Assembly (NCBI GenBank): GCA_947651825.1
Contig: CANTAQ010000007.1
Coordinates: forward strand, 2,446-66,445
Length of the DNA stretch: 64,000 nt
Direction: 5' to 3'
From: an uncultured Clostridium sp.
Lineage (GTDB): Bacteria > Bacillota > Clostridia > TANB77 > CAG-508
Below, one piece after another: positions 1-9,593 of this stretch (position 1 is the stretch's first letter; the number at the start of each line of letters is the position of its first letter). The position numbers and the translations under genes are program-made. The notes under the pieces were generated by a model that had not been told where the DNA came from, made no database searches, and saw only the letters and a list, made by a program, of their open reading frames with translations.

Positions 1-57
1 CAAAGTATATGAAAAAGACAGTGTAAAAGATGCAGAATAAATCTAGGAGGTAAGTAA

Positions 58-444
58 ATGAAAACAATAACGATTTGCGGTAAAGAGTATAAGTTAGAAT
101 GTAATGCTCTAACATATATTAAATATAAAACATTTTTTAAACAAGGAATTATAGGAGATATTCAAAAACTGCAAGAATATTTAATTAAACAAGAGTTGAT
201 TACAAAACAAGTAGAGGAAAAAGATATAAGTGAAGAAGAAAAAATTTCAATAATAGCAAAGTATATGAACCAATATGTGGATGACTTCATAATAGCAATA
301 ACAAGAATTGCATGGATTTTAATATATACAGCAGATAAAAATGTTGTAGAATATGAGAAATGGTTAGAAGGAATAAAGAACTTTAAAATTGATGAAGATT
401 GGATTGTAGAGGTAGCGGAATGTGCCGTGAATTGCTTTTGTTGA
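58..444 (+). CDS. Phage tail assembly chaperone, upstream (gpG-like) ORF
   Basis: Small acidic ORF with SD (AGGAGG), directly upstream of the tape measure gene. Call rests on position. Confidence 0.5.
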   Translation: MKTITICGKEYKLECNALTYIKYKTFFKQGIIGDIQKLQEYLIKQELITKQVEEKDISEEEKISIIAKYMNQYVDDFIIAITRIAWILIYTADKNVVEYEKWLEGIKNFKIDEDWIVEVAECAVNCFC

Positions 445-463
445 TGAAGAATTATCTCAAGAA

Positions 464-676
464 ATGAATAGAAAAATAAAGACAAAAGGAAATGTGGTAA
501 AAGAAACATTTCCAGAACATGAATTTTTAGCTTCATGTTTAAGAATAGGATTAAATTTAAATGACTTAATAGAACTTACATATATAGATTGTATGAAAAT
601 TCTATTAAGCTATATAGGAAATAACAACAATGTTAGAGAAGCAACACAAAAAGATATAGACAAATTATTAAAATAA
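464..676 (+). CDS. Tail assembly chaperone, downstream (gpT-like) segment
   Basis: Lies in the +1 frame relative to 58..444. That frame is open from 431. Sits immediately before the tape measure gene. Confidence 0.4.
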   Translation: MNRKIKTKGNVVKETFPEHEFLASCLRIGLNLNDLIELTYIDCMKILLSYIGNNNNVREATQKDIDKLLK

Positions 677-700
677 GAGGTTTTTAAACCTCTTATTTTA
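675..700 (+). terminator. Hairpin AAGAGGTTT/AAACCTCTT plus T-rich tail
   Basis: Inverted repeat read directly. Tiny loop, so function is uncertain. Confidence 0.3.
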
Positions 701-713
701 ATGGGAGGATGAA

Positions 714-2594
714 ATGGCAGGAAGTATAAATGGAATAATAATAGAACTTAGAGGAAACCCCTCTGAGTTAAGAAAAGAATTAGAAAAGATAGAAACTATT
801 GCTGGAAATCTAAATAAAAAATTGGAAAATGGAGGAACTCAGTGGAGTAAATTAGGTAGTGCAGCAGAAAATTTTGGTTCTAAAATAGATAAAGTAGGGA
901 CAATGTTAAGCAATTTAGGAACTAAATTATCGAATAATGTAACAAATCCTATGCTAAAAAATTTAGGAGACATGATAAAAACTGCAGGAGACTTAAGCCA
1001 GGTATTTGGAACAGTAACAACAGGAGTAGGAACACTTACAAGAGCAATAGATTTAATGAAATTTGGAATAGGAAATGCAACAGGAGCAGCAGCAGACTTG
1101 GCAAAAGGATTGCATGGATTAACAACTCCTGTTGGTATAGCAATTACAAGTATAGGTACAGCAGTGGGACTGATAGTTACAGAAATAAGTAAGAATGAGG
1201 AAAAAATAAAAGAGAAATTTTCAAATATGGGGAAATCTGCTTTTGATTTTTATCAAGGAATACAGACAGCAGAAGGATATTTAGATAGCTTTAACAGTAC
1301 TTTGTTTGTTTCAACAGAAGAACAACAAGAATTACAGAATCAAATGGCTGAAATTCAGTCGGGAATTACAGAAATTTGTAAAACAGCAGCTGATGAACGT
1401 AGAGGATATACTACAGAAGAAATTATAGAGCTAAATGAATATTTTAATAAATTAAAAGAATTAAAAAATAAAGAACTTGAGATGGAAACCTATATTGCAA
1501 AGGCAATTTCACAACAAGCTATAACAAATGCAAAAAGTTTTCAGGGAAATCTAGAGGAATATAAAGTACAAGCACAGGAATGGATATCTACTGCAAAGCA
1601 ACAAGCTGAAAAAACTAAGAAAATAATAGAACAAAGTTCAATAGAAGAAATAGCACTTTTAAATCAAAAATATGGTGAGAATGCAAATATGCGAAATGAA
1701 GCATATATGAATGAATATAATAGTATTATTGAACAAAAACAACAAAGAATAGATATGGCCAATGAAGAAGTTAGACAAATCACAGAAATATATGCAAATA
1801 ATTATGCGGAGAGAGCGAGTCAAGATGGAGACTTTGCAGAACATATTAACCATTATAATTGGGAAAGAGAACAAGAGGAACAAAGGCACATAGATAGATT
1901 AAAAGAGATTGATGATTTTGGTTATGCTAGTGAAATAGATAAAATGGGGGCAGTAGAATTAGAAAATGAAAAACATAATGACAAGATGAGAAAAATATGG
2001 CAAAATATGTATAAGTATATGTCGGATAGTGAAGTAGAACAACTAGGTGTTTGGATAGGGATGGTTTCAGATGCTGCACTATATGGAGGAGAATTAACTG
2101 AGGAAAACCAAAAATTAGTAGACACAGTATTAGAAACTTTTAAATATATGCCAGGTAGTGCAAAAGAAGAAATGAAAAAGACAATGGAAGAAATGTTAAA
2201 TACAATGAATAATTCGGAAGCTAGTTTATTTGCTAAAGCGAATGGAATATCAAATGGTTTAATAAGGAGATTAAGCACTACTTTTAATGTAAATACACGA
2301 AATATACCTGCTCATAAACTTGGACTTGATTATGTTCCATATGATAATTATATAGCAAAGTTACATAAAGGTGAAAGAATATTAACAGCAAAAGAAAATG
2401 AACAGTTAAATAAATTTGAAAAAATGCCAAAAATAGTTGATAATACTCCACTAATAAATAATCAAATGAGGAGTATGGATAATAAAATTATTTGTACAAC
2501 TCCTAATATAACATTTAATGTGCAAAAAATGGACAAAGCAAATTTAGATATGGCATTTAACTATATAAACAAACGATTTGGAACACAATATTAA
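714..2594 (+). CDS. Phage tail tape measure protein
   Basis: 626 aa. Gly/Ala/Thr-rich hydrophobic N-terminal segments, long coiled-coil E/K/Q-rich body, position after the chaperone pair. Confidence 0.75.
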   Translation: MAGSINGIIIELRGNPSELRKELEKIETIAGNLNKKLENGGTQWSKLGSAAENFGSKIDKVGTMLSNLGTKLSNNVTNPMLKNLGDMIKTAGDLSQVFGTVTTGVGTLTRAIDLMKFGIGNATGAAADLAKGLHGLTTPVGIAITSIGTAVGLIVTEISKNEEKIKEKFSNMGKSAFDFYQGIQTAEGYLDSFNSTLFVSTEEQQELQNQMAEIQSGITEICKTAADERRGYTTEEIIELNEYFNKLKELKNKELEMETYIAKAISQQAITNAKSFQGNLEEYKVQAQEWISTAKQQAEKTKKIIEQSSIEEIALLNQKYGENANMRNEAYMNEYNSIIEQKQQRIDMANEEVRQITEIYANNYAERASQDGDFAEHINHYNWEREQEEQRHIDRLKEIDDFGYASEIDKMGAVELENEKHNDKMRKIWQNMYKYMSDSEVEQLGVWIGMVSDAALYGGELTEENQKLVDTVLETFKYMPGSAKEEMKKTMEEMLNTMNNSEASLFAKANGISNGLIRRLSTTFNVNTRNIPAHKLGLDYVPYDNYIAKLHKGERILTAKENEQLNKFEKMPKIVDNTPLINNQMRSMDNKIICTTPNITFNVQKMDKANLDMAFNYINKRFGTQY

Positions 2595-2651
2595 AAATTG
2601 CAATAAACTTTCATATATGATAAAATAATAAAAAATATGTGGAGGTAAAGA

Positions 2652-3137
2652 ATGGCGTTAATAAAATGTGAAGAATGTGGAAAAGAAATAAGTGAAGAAG
2701 CAAGAACTTGTCCAAATTGTGGAGCAAAGTTAAAAACAAACAGAAATAATATATTAAAACAATGGTGGTTTTGGTTTATTATAGTGATTATTATAATTGT
2801 TACTGTACTAATAATCGTGTTAACTAATAAGAAAGAAAATACAAGAAAAAGTAAAGGAATCGGTTCATCAGGAATAAGTAAAGAAGAGTTTGATAAAATA
2901 GAAGTTGGGATGAAGCATATAGAAGTGGATGGAATTATATATGAACTTAGTGAAGTGGATGATAAGGAATATACAGAAAGCTATAAATTAACTGTAATTG
3001 CAAATGAAGATGATGGAATTATATATGAGGAAAAACATTATGGGGAAAATGGTGGATATGCCATAATAACTTATAAAGAATATTATGATACATATACATC
3101 AAAAGTAATAAAAAAAGAGTCTTTTGATTTAGAGTAA
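2652..3137 (+). CDS. Zinc-ribbon membrane protein, paralog 1 (distinct C-terminal domain)
   Basis: MALIKCEECGKEISEEARTCPNCG (CxxC..CxxC), one TM helix, strong SD GGAGG. Confidence 0.7.
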   Translation: MALIKCEECGKEISEEARTCPNCGAKLKTNRNNILKQWWFWFIIVIIIIVTVLIIVLTNKKENTRKSKGIGSSGISKEEFDKIEVGMKHIEVDGIIYELSEVDDKEYTESYKLTVIANEDDGIIYEEKHYGENGGYAIITYKEYYDTYTSKVIKKESFDLE

Positions 3138-3163
3138 GGGATTAATAATGTATTTATGGAGGA

Positions 3164-3634
3164 ATGAAAATGGCATTGATAAAATGTGAAGAATGTGGAA
3201 AGGAAATAAGCCAAAAGGCGGAGTTGTGTCCTAAATGTGGGAGAAGAGTTAAAAAGCTAATTAATAAAAGCAAGATAATTGCAATTTTAATGTTAGTAAT
3301 ATTAATAATTGGTATTTCAATAGGGATAGCTACTATAGTAAAAAATAATAGTGAAATAAGTAAATATAAAAAAGAAGCTATAAGCATAATTAAAGATTAT
3401 AAGAAAAATGAGATAAAAAAGGAAAAAGCAGTACAAGAATTGGTAATGATTTCTATAAATGCAAGAAAAACAAGTAATGAGATAGAGGAAAAAGGAAAAA
3501 CAATACCAAATAAGAAAGCACAAAAATTAGATAGAATGGCATTAATAATTTATTCTATATCAGAAGATATGAGATTAGAAAAAAGTGATGAGGAAATAGA
3601 AGAACAGATAGAAGAATTAAAGAATATTAAATAA
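3164..3634 (+). CDS. Zinc-ribbon membrane protein, paralog 2
   Basis: MKMALIKCEECGKEIS..CPKCG, TM helix, helical C-terminal domain shared with paralogs 3-5. Confidence 0.7.
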   Translation: MKMALIKCEECGKEISQKAELCPKCGRRVKKLINKSKIIAILMLVILIIGISIGIATIVKNNSEISKYKKEAISIIKDYKKNEIKKEKAVQELVMISINARKTSNEIEEKGKTIPNKKAQKLDRMALIIYSISEDMRLEKSDEEIEEQIEELKNIK

Positions 3635-3655
3635 AATATTAATGGAAATATGTTA

Positions 3656-4148
3656 ATGAAAAAAATTTGAAATTTAATAATTATATTATTATTGGCGACT
3701 ATTTTACTAACAGGATGCAAAAAATGACGTAGAGAAAAAAATATAATAAGCACAGAGAAAGTTGCAAAAAAATAAAAGAATAAAGTGAAAATGATGGAAA
3801 GATAGTTGTTTATACTAAAGGAACAGACATAAATAAATTATTAGGGAGACCAAATCAATATACCTCTAAAGTTACTTTTGAAAACAAAAGCTTAGAGCAG
3901 ACTAATCAAAATTTGGACGAAAAAAGCTTTTCAGAAGAAGAAAAAAATGAGCCAATAGGTGGAACAATAGAAGTATTTAAAATGAATCAGATGTTAAAAA
4001 AAGATTATGTAGAAAGTATTACATTTTCTATGTCAGTATTTGAGGAATATTCATATGGGACGATTGTTATTTACTAAGATTAAATAAATCATTAACTCCA
4101 ACACAAGCAAATGAATATGAAAAAGTATTTTATGAGATTATAAAATAG
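3656..4148 (+). pseudogene. Degraded lipoprotein gene
   Basis: Signal peptide with lipobox (LLTGC) interrupted by in-frame stops. Body readable only across at least 3 frames, with breaks next to A-runs. Confidence 0.55.
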
Positions 4149-4165
4149 AAATGTGGAGGTAAAAA

Positions 4166-4642
4166 ATGGCGTTAATAAAATGTGAAGAGTGTGGAAGAGA
4201 AATAAGTGAAGAAGCAAGAACTTGCCCGAATTGTGGAGTAAAAACAGCGAAAACAAAAAAACAGAATAAAACAATATCAAAAGTTGTAATAATGGTATTG
4301 ATAATAGTAACTTTAATTGCAATAATAGGGATAAATACTAATAACGCAAAAAAGAAAGACTTAATGTATCAATGTAGTATTGAGGCAATAAACATATTGG
4401 AAAGTTATAAAGAAAAAAGAATAGATGCAAAACAAGCAGTCAAAGAGTTAAAATCGATTAAATACAAACTTGAAGAGCATGCAGAAGAAATAAGAGAAGA
4501 AAATGAAGATAAGTCTTTTAAGAGCAAGTATCTAGCCAGTATAATAGATGGTGCTGCAATATCGTTGGATAGTTCATTTAAGATAGTAGATAATATAGAG
4601 ATAAATGAGTTTATACAAGAAATAAAAGACATAGTGAAGTAA
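4166..4642 (+). CDS. Zinc-ribbon membrane protein, paralog 3
   Basis: MALIKCEECGREISEEARTCPNCG, TM helix, helical C-terminal domain. Confidence 0.7.
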   Translation: MALIKCEECGREISEEARTCPNCGVKTAKTKKQNKTISKVVIMVLIIVTLIAIIGINTNNAKKKDLMYQCSIEAINILESYKEKRIDAKQAVKELKSIKYKLEEHAEEIREENEDKSFKSKYLASIIDGAAISLDSSFKIVDNIEINEFIQEIKDIVK

Positions 4643-4657
4643 TACTCTGGAAGGGGA

Positions 4658-5137
4658 TTGAAAATGGCATTAATAAAATGTAAAGAATGTGGAAAAGAAA
4701 TAAGTGAAGGGGCAAGAACTTGTCCAAATTGTGGGGCAAAAACAGATATTACGAAAAAGAAAGAAGAAAATATAATAACAGCATTAATAATAGCAGTATT
4801 AATTCTTATAATTGTAGTATTCATATTTGCAAATAGAAAAGATAAGTTCTTTAACAAGTATGTTATGGAAACTGTAGAAATACTAGAGGAATATGGAGAA
4901 AACAAAATAACTTCAGACTTTGCAGTGAGAGAATTATACTCAATTAAATGCGAGATTGAAGAACGTGCAGAAAAAATAAAAGATGAAAGTGAAAAAAGAT
5001 ATGATGATTATACAACTTTACTAATTAATATTTACAGTGTATCAAGAGAAATAGAGAAGAATACTATTGATGGAACAAGAATAGATGAATATATAAAAGA
5101 TATAAAAAGAAATGAAATCATAAGGAGTGAGTATTAG
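4658..5137 (+). CDS. Zinc-ribbon membrane protein, paralog 4
   Basis: MKMALIKCKECGKEISEGARTCPNCG, TM helix, helical C-terminal domain. Confidence 0.7.
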   Translation: MKMALIKCKECGKEISEGARTCPNCGAKTDITKKKEENIITALIIAVLILIIVVFIFANRKDKFFNKYVMETVEILEEYGENKITSDFAVRELYSIKCEIEERAEKIKDESEKRYDDYTTLLINIYSVSREIEKNTIDGTRIDEYIKDIKRNEIIRSEY

Positions 5138-5139
5138 TT

Positions 5140-5592
5140 ATGGCGTTAATAAAATGTGAAGAGTGTGGAAAAGAAATAAGTGAAGAAGCAAATGTATGCC
5201 CTAAATGTGGAAAGAAAACAGAAAAGGAAAAAAAACAAAGTAAAATAATAAAAAAAATTATAGTAATATTAGTAGTATGCATCTTGGCAGGAATTACTAT
5301 TGTGATAAAAAATAATAGTCCAATACATAAATGTAGCCAAGAGGTTATAAATATAATTGAAAATTATAAAGATGGAAAGATAAGCAAAGAAATGGCAATC
5401 GACTCATTACAAAAAATTGCTGAAGATACAAGAAAAAAAAGTGAGCAAATTGAGAACAGATTACCAGGAGGGAAATCATCCAAATTGTATAGAATATCAG
5501 TTACATCTGGGCTTGCAGCATTTGAAATAGAATATGAAAATAATAATTTGAAATTGAATGAATTTATAGAGGAATTAAAGAATATTAAATAA
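5140..5592 (+). CDS. Zinc-ribbon membrane protein, paralog 5
   Basis: MALIKCEECGKEISEEANVCPKCG, TM helix. C-terminus ...NEFIEELKNIK is nearly identical to the end of paralog 2. Confidence 0.7.
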   Translation: MALIKCEECGKEISEEANVCPKCGKKTEKEKKQSKIIKKIIVILVVCILAGITIVIKNNSPIHKCSQEVINIIENYKDGKISKEMAIDSLQKIAEDTRKKSEQIENRLPGGKSSKLYRISVTSGLAAFEIEYENNNLKLNEFIEELKNIK

Positions 5593-5606
5593 AATTATTG
5601 ATAAAA

Positions 5607-5771
5607 ATGATGGATGGAATAAAGTACACTTATGTATATAAATATTATGGTGAAAAAGGTGGATATGCAATAATTACTTTGCAAACAGATTACTCTAATG
5701 GACAAATTTATAATAGTGTGATAGTAATAAATAAAGAAAATCATGGTTTTAAAAAAAGTACTCTTGTTTGA
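5607..5771 (+). pseudogene. Orphan fragment matching the C-terminal domain of paralog 1
   Basis: 54-codon ORF containing YYGEKGGYAIITLQTDY, compared with HYGENGGYAIITYKEYY in 2652..3137. No zinc ribbon or TM helix. Confidence 0.5.
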
Positions 5772-5782
5772 GTACTTTTTTT
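5751..5782 (+). terminator. Rho-independent terminator closing the zinc-ribbon array
   Basis: A-run, AGTACTC / GAGTACT stem, T-run. Confidence 0.7.
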
Positions 5783-5802
5783 AATACAAGAAGGAGGAGT
5801 AA

Positions 5803-6648
5803 GTGGTTAGAGAATTTTATATAGAAAATGGATTAGGGCAACGTTTTTCAATGATGGATATTGAAAAATGTTGCTTTTTAAGTTCTCCTACAGGTCTTGG
5901 CTATAGTAATAATATTCAATTTATTCAAATAGAAAATGAGTTCATTGAAGATATTAAAAGAGTAGCACAAGGACAAATTTCAGGAGAACTAATTTTTAAA
6001 AAATATGATAATTTTAAGAAGTTTATAGATTTTATAGAAGGTTCAGAAGATTTAAAGTTAGTATACAGAATACCTTTAGAAAATGAAGCTATAGAATATT
6101 ATAAAGATATAGATGTATCAACAGTTGAAAAAGGAGAGTTTGGAATAGATGGAGTATTAAGAATACCAATAACTTTTATGTGTAAATCATTATGGTATGA
6201 AGCAAAAGAAGTTGTATATAATATAGATTCTGTTACAAATGAATTAAGATGGGATTTTAATTGGGATTCTGCATTTACATCTTATGATAATAGAAATATT
6301 ATATTTGAGAATAAAGGGCATACAAATGCTCCATTTAAGTTAGAATTAAATGGAGAAGTTATAAGCCCGAAGATTACAATTTTTGAGGATGATAAAGAAA
6401 TTGAAAAGCTAGATTTAACAGGATTGATAATAAAAGCAGGAGAAAAACTAGTTTACAATACAAAAGATACAAGAGAACAAATTTATAAAGAAAGTAAGAC
6501 AGGGAGAGAAAATTTATTCAGTTTTTTGAATCCTAATTTTATTAACTTCTATAAATTAAGAAAAGGAGTTTCAAAAATAAGACTAGAAGCAGATAATGAA
6601 ATAACAGATGGAAAATTAACAATATATATACAGTATAAAGCTGTATAA
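5803..6648 (+). CDS. Phage distal tail protein (Dit-like)
   Basis: GTG start after AAGGAGG. Size and position after the tape measure module. N-terminus resembles siphovirus tail family proteins, judged from memory. Confidence 0.55.
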   Translation: MVREFYIENGLGQRFSMMDIEKCCFLSSPTGLGYSNNIQFIQIENEFIEDIKRVAQGQISGELIFKKYDNFKKFIDFIEGSEDLKLVYRIPLENEAIEYYKDIDVSTVEKGEFGIDGVLRIPITFMCKSLWYEAKEVVYNIDSVTNELRWDFNWDSAFTSYDNRNIIFENKGHTNAPFKLELNGEVISPKITIFEDDKEIEKLDLTGLIIKAGEKLVYNTKDTREQIYKESKTGRENLFSFLNPNFINFYKLRKGVSKIRLEADNEITDGKLTIYIQYKAV

Positions 6649-6659
6649 GGAAAGGAAGG

Positions 6660-7337
6660 ATGAACATGCTAAAAGGACATGTATTTAATATGCAAACGTT
6701 TACAAGTGAAGCGTTTGCTCTTTTTATAGATAAATTTTTAAATGGTAAAAGCGGGGTAGCAAGAGGATGTGAACTATCTAATACTAATAATTCAATAACA
6801 ATAGGAGAAGGATATTTTGTAGTAAAAGGAAGGCTTTTACAAATTATTTCTAGTGAAACAATTTCAAATGTTACAGTGAATGGTTTTTATAGTTTAGTAT
6901 GCGAAATAGATTTAAGCAAAACAAATACGACAGATGAATTAAATCAGGCAAAAATTAAAGTAGTAAGTAATACAAATAATTATCCTGAATTACAGAAACA
7001 AGATATTACAGCAAATGGAACAATATATCAATATGAATTTGCAAGATTCAAAGTAGAAAATGGAAATATAACAAATTTTACAGACAAGAGAACTTATGTA
7101 GATTTTGAGAGCATATATGACAGTATAGGAGGAAAAGCAGATAAGGTAATGGAAGAAATAAGAACAGCACTTAATAATGTAACAGATGAAAGTATATACA
7201 TATTAAAAGAAGATGCAGAAAGTACATATATAAAGAAAACTGAAATAGGAACGATTGCAAACAGAAACTATAGTGTAGGAACAGTAGCTCCAACAGGTGG
7301 AAAAAATGGAGATATATATGATCAATATTTTAATTAA
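6660..7337 (+). CDS. Phage tail/baseplate structural protein
   Basis: Good ORF in the tail module. No recognisable catalytic motif. Confidence 0.4.
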   Translation: MNMLKGHVFNMQTFTSEAFALFIDKFLNGKSGVARGCELSNTNNSITIGEGYFVVKGRLLQIISSETISNVTVNGFYSLVCEIDLSKTNTTDELNQAKIKVVSNTNNYPELQKQDITANGTIYQYEFARFKVENGNITNFTDKRTYVDFESIYDSIGGKADKVMEEIRTALNNVTDESIYILKEDAESTYIKKTEIGTIANRNYSVGTVAPTGGKNGDIYDQYFN

Positions 7338-7348
7338 AGGAGGATATA

Positions 7349-8415
7349 ATGGCAATTAAAGAAGAAGTTTATACGCAAGTGGGTTCAAGAAATAGTAACT
7401 ATACTTTAAAAATGACAGTACAAGAACGAAGCTATAATATTAATACAAATAGCTCAATAGTTGATTGGACTTTGCAGTTATTATCTACTAACAGCTATTT
7501 TTCTACTATTGGAATGACAACATTAGTTTATATTAATGGAAATAAAGATTGGGAAGAGTACAAACAACAAAGCATTGGGAAAAATAGTACATTATATTTA
7601 GCTTCAGGTTCTAGAACTATCGAACACAATAGTGATGGTAGAAAGAGTGTTTCAATAGAGGCGTATTTAAATATGAATGCTACAGATAGCTATTTACCAC
7701 GGCAATATATATATTGGGAGAGATTTTGCCTTAACTAATATACCAAGGTATGCAGAGATTACTGAGCATTATGTAAGCAATACAAGCTTAAATACAGTAT
7801 CAGTAAAATGGAATGCAAATGCTGAATGCGATGCAGTTCAATATAGTCTAAGTGGCGGAAGTTGGGTAGATACATCTGGTTTAAATTATACAATATATAA
7901 TTTAAGTCCAAATACACAATACTCTATAAAAACAAGAATAAGAAGAGCAGATAGTGGCTTATGGACAGAAAGTGGATATATATATGCTACGACAAAAGAT
8001 ATAGCTAAGATAACGAGCACATTAGACTTTGAACATGGAAATTCTAGTGTTGTTGTAATTACAAATCCAGCACGGAATATCTAATTTAAAATTAAAAATG
8101 TCAGTAAATAATAAAGAAATATTTTCTAAGGTGGTTGTAGCTGGAAATAATACAATAAAACTAACTGATAAGGAATTAGATAATATTTATAAACAATATG
8201 CAGACAGAAGTTTAATCGCAACATTTACTTTAAGTGGAAACGGATATAATAATACAAGAACTTGTGCAATAATATTTAAAGGAAATCAAAAAACCGGACA
8301 TATAAAGATAGCTAGTACATGGAAAAGAAGTCAAAAGTGGGTTAATGTTAATGGAAAATGGTGTAAATGCATACGTTGGATTAATCAAAATGGAAGCTGG
8401 AAGAGGTGCGTTTAA
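7349..8415 (+). CDS. Phage tail protein with fibronectin type III domain, read across two CGG frame changes (C7700, C8073)
   Basis: Track ORFs 7349-7738, 7677-8084 and 8098-8415 sit in successive +1 frames. Joins read ..DSYLP|GNIYIGRDF.. and ..ITNPA|GISNLKLKMSVNN... FN3-like SVKWNA..YSIKTRIRR. Confidence 0.6.
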
Positions 8416-9560
8416 TGGAATTATATATATTATCAAAACAAGATTTAAGAATTTTATCAATATGTAAAGTAATAGATTATGAAATTAATTTAGATGAAGA
8501 GACAAATGCAAAATCTACATTTTCAATAATGAAAACAGAAGGGCTAAAAGATGGGAACTATATAGTATTAAATGGTTTATATAAACAGTTTTTGTTTGTA
8601 ATTCCAAGTGGAGGTATTGAAACAGAAAAGAATAGTAATAAGGTAACACTTAATGTAGTTGACATATCCAACATATTTGATAGAAAAATAATAGAAAAAA
8701 ACACAGAACAAATGGAGAAACTTTCTATAGAACAATTTATTAGCAATACTATAGTTGAGAATTTTGTCAATTCAAACGATATTCCACTTAATATGGGATA
8801 TATAAATATATATTGGAACACAAATACAAAAGGGGTTGTAGAAACTAATGCTGAGAATGGATTATATAATTTTAGAGAGTTTTTAGTAAATAGTAGAAAA
8901 AAGAAAAATATTTATATAGATTTTAAATTTGAAAATGGAAAATTGAAAATTAATATTGAAAAAAAACAAGAAAACGAAGAAATGATTGATACTACACTTC
9001 CAGAAGTAACGGAATATAATAAAATATATGAAGAAGAAGTTACAGCAAAGGTACAAGTATATATTAGAGAAAATGATAGTGAATATAATTTATATTTAAG
9101 AACAGATAGAACCACAACAACAGATAGAAGTGATCCAAATAGAGCAAGTGGGAAGATAGAAGTAATAAGTGTAGATAAAGAGGAGAAGGCAGCTGAAGAA
9201 GCAAACAATATAATGAAAAATAATAATTACAAGCATTTAGTGGAATTTAAAATTTCGAAAACTAGTGAATTAATGGACGTAAAAAAATTATATATAGGAA
9301 GACCAATAATAATAAAAACAGAAGAAGACACCTATAATAGTTATATATCAGCCATTAAACTAACTGATGAAAATTATATATACCTTAAAAGTGGAAATCT
9401 AAGAAATATGTTACTAGATAAACTAAAAGCAAATAAAAACAGTATTGGAAACAAGTTAGACAAAAGTGGTGGAGTTATAAGTGGAAATTTGAATGTTAAT
9501 GGAAACATTAATATTAATGGAACTCCAATTTTAGATTATGAAATTATAGATGAATGGTAA
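8415..9560 (+). CDS. Phage tail fibre / host-recognition protein
   Basis: TAATG overlap with the upstream gene. C-terminal GGVISGNLNVNGNININGTPI is fibre-like. Confidence 0.5.
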   Translation: MELYILSKQDLRILSICKVIDYEINLDEETNAKSTFSIMKTEGLKDGNYIVLNGLYKQFLFVIPSGGIETEKNSNKVTLNVVDISNIFDRKIIEKNTEQMEKLSIEQFISNTIVENFVNSNDIPLNMGYINIYWNTNTKGVVETNAENGLYNFREFLVNSRKKKNIYIDFKFENGKLKINIEKKQENEEMIDTTLPEVTEYNKIYEEEVTAKVQVYIRENDSEYNLYLRTDRTTTTDRSDPNRASGKIEVISVDKEEKAAEEANNIMKNNNYKHLVEFKISKTSELMDVKKLYIGRPIIIKTEEDTYNSYISAIKLTDENYIYLKSGNLRNMLLDKLKANKNSIGNKLDKSGGVISGNLNVNGNININGTPILDYEIIDEW

Positions 9561-9593
9561 GGAGGAGAAAAATGTTTAAGGAAGGAGGATTAT

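Larger units (their letters stand above)
2652..5215 (+). repeat. Five dispersed copies of a ~75-nt 5' coding module (starts near 2652, 3170, 4166, 4664, 5140)
   Basis: Near-identical nucleotide strings atggcRttRataaaatgtRaagaRtgtggaa... read at each paralog start. Confidence 0.8.

Noticed and set aside
162-536. Long antisense or alternate-frame ORFs listed in the track. Examples: 162-536(-), 1922-2278(-), 4405-4905(-), 16620-17201(-), 34563-34982(+), 44436-44876(-), 47822-48244(-), 48765-49214(-), 58179-58577(-).
   Set aside because: They lie entirely inside well-supported genes on the other strand or frame. They have Leu/Ile/Phe/Ser-rich low-complexity translations typical of shadow ORFs in A+T-rich DNA, and they lack SD sequences.
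3656-3770. In-frame TGA codons in the lipoprotein signal peptide as evidence for TGA sense recoding (code 4/25).
   Set aside because: Many well-supported genes in the window terminate at TGA (e.g. 58-444, 37868-38902, 57802-58581). This locus also needs additional frame changes and has a TAA, so decay is the simpler reading.
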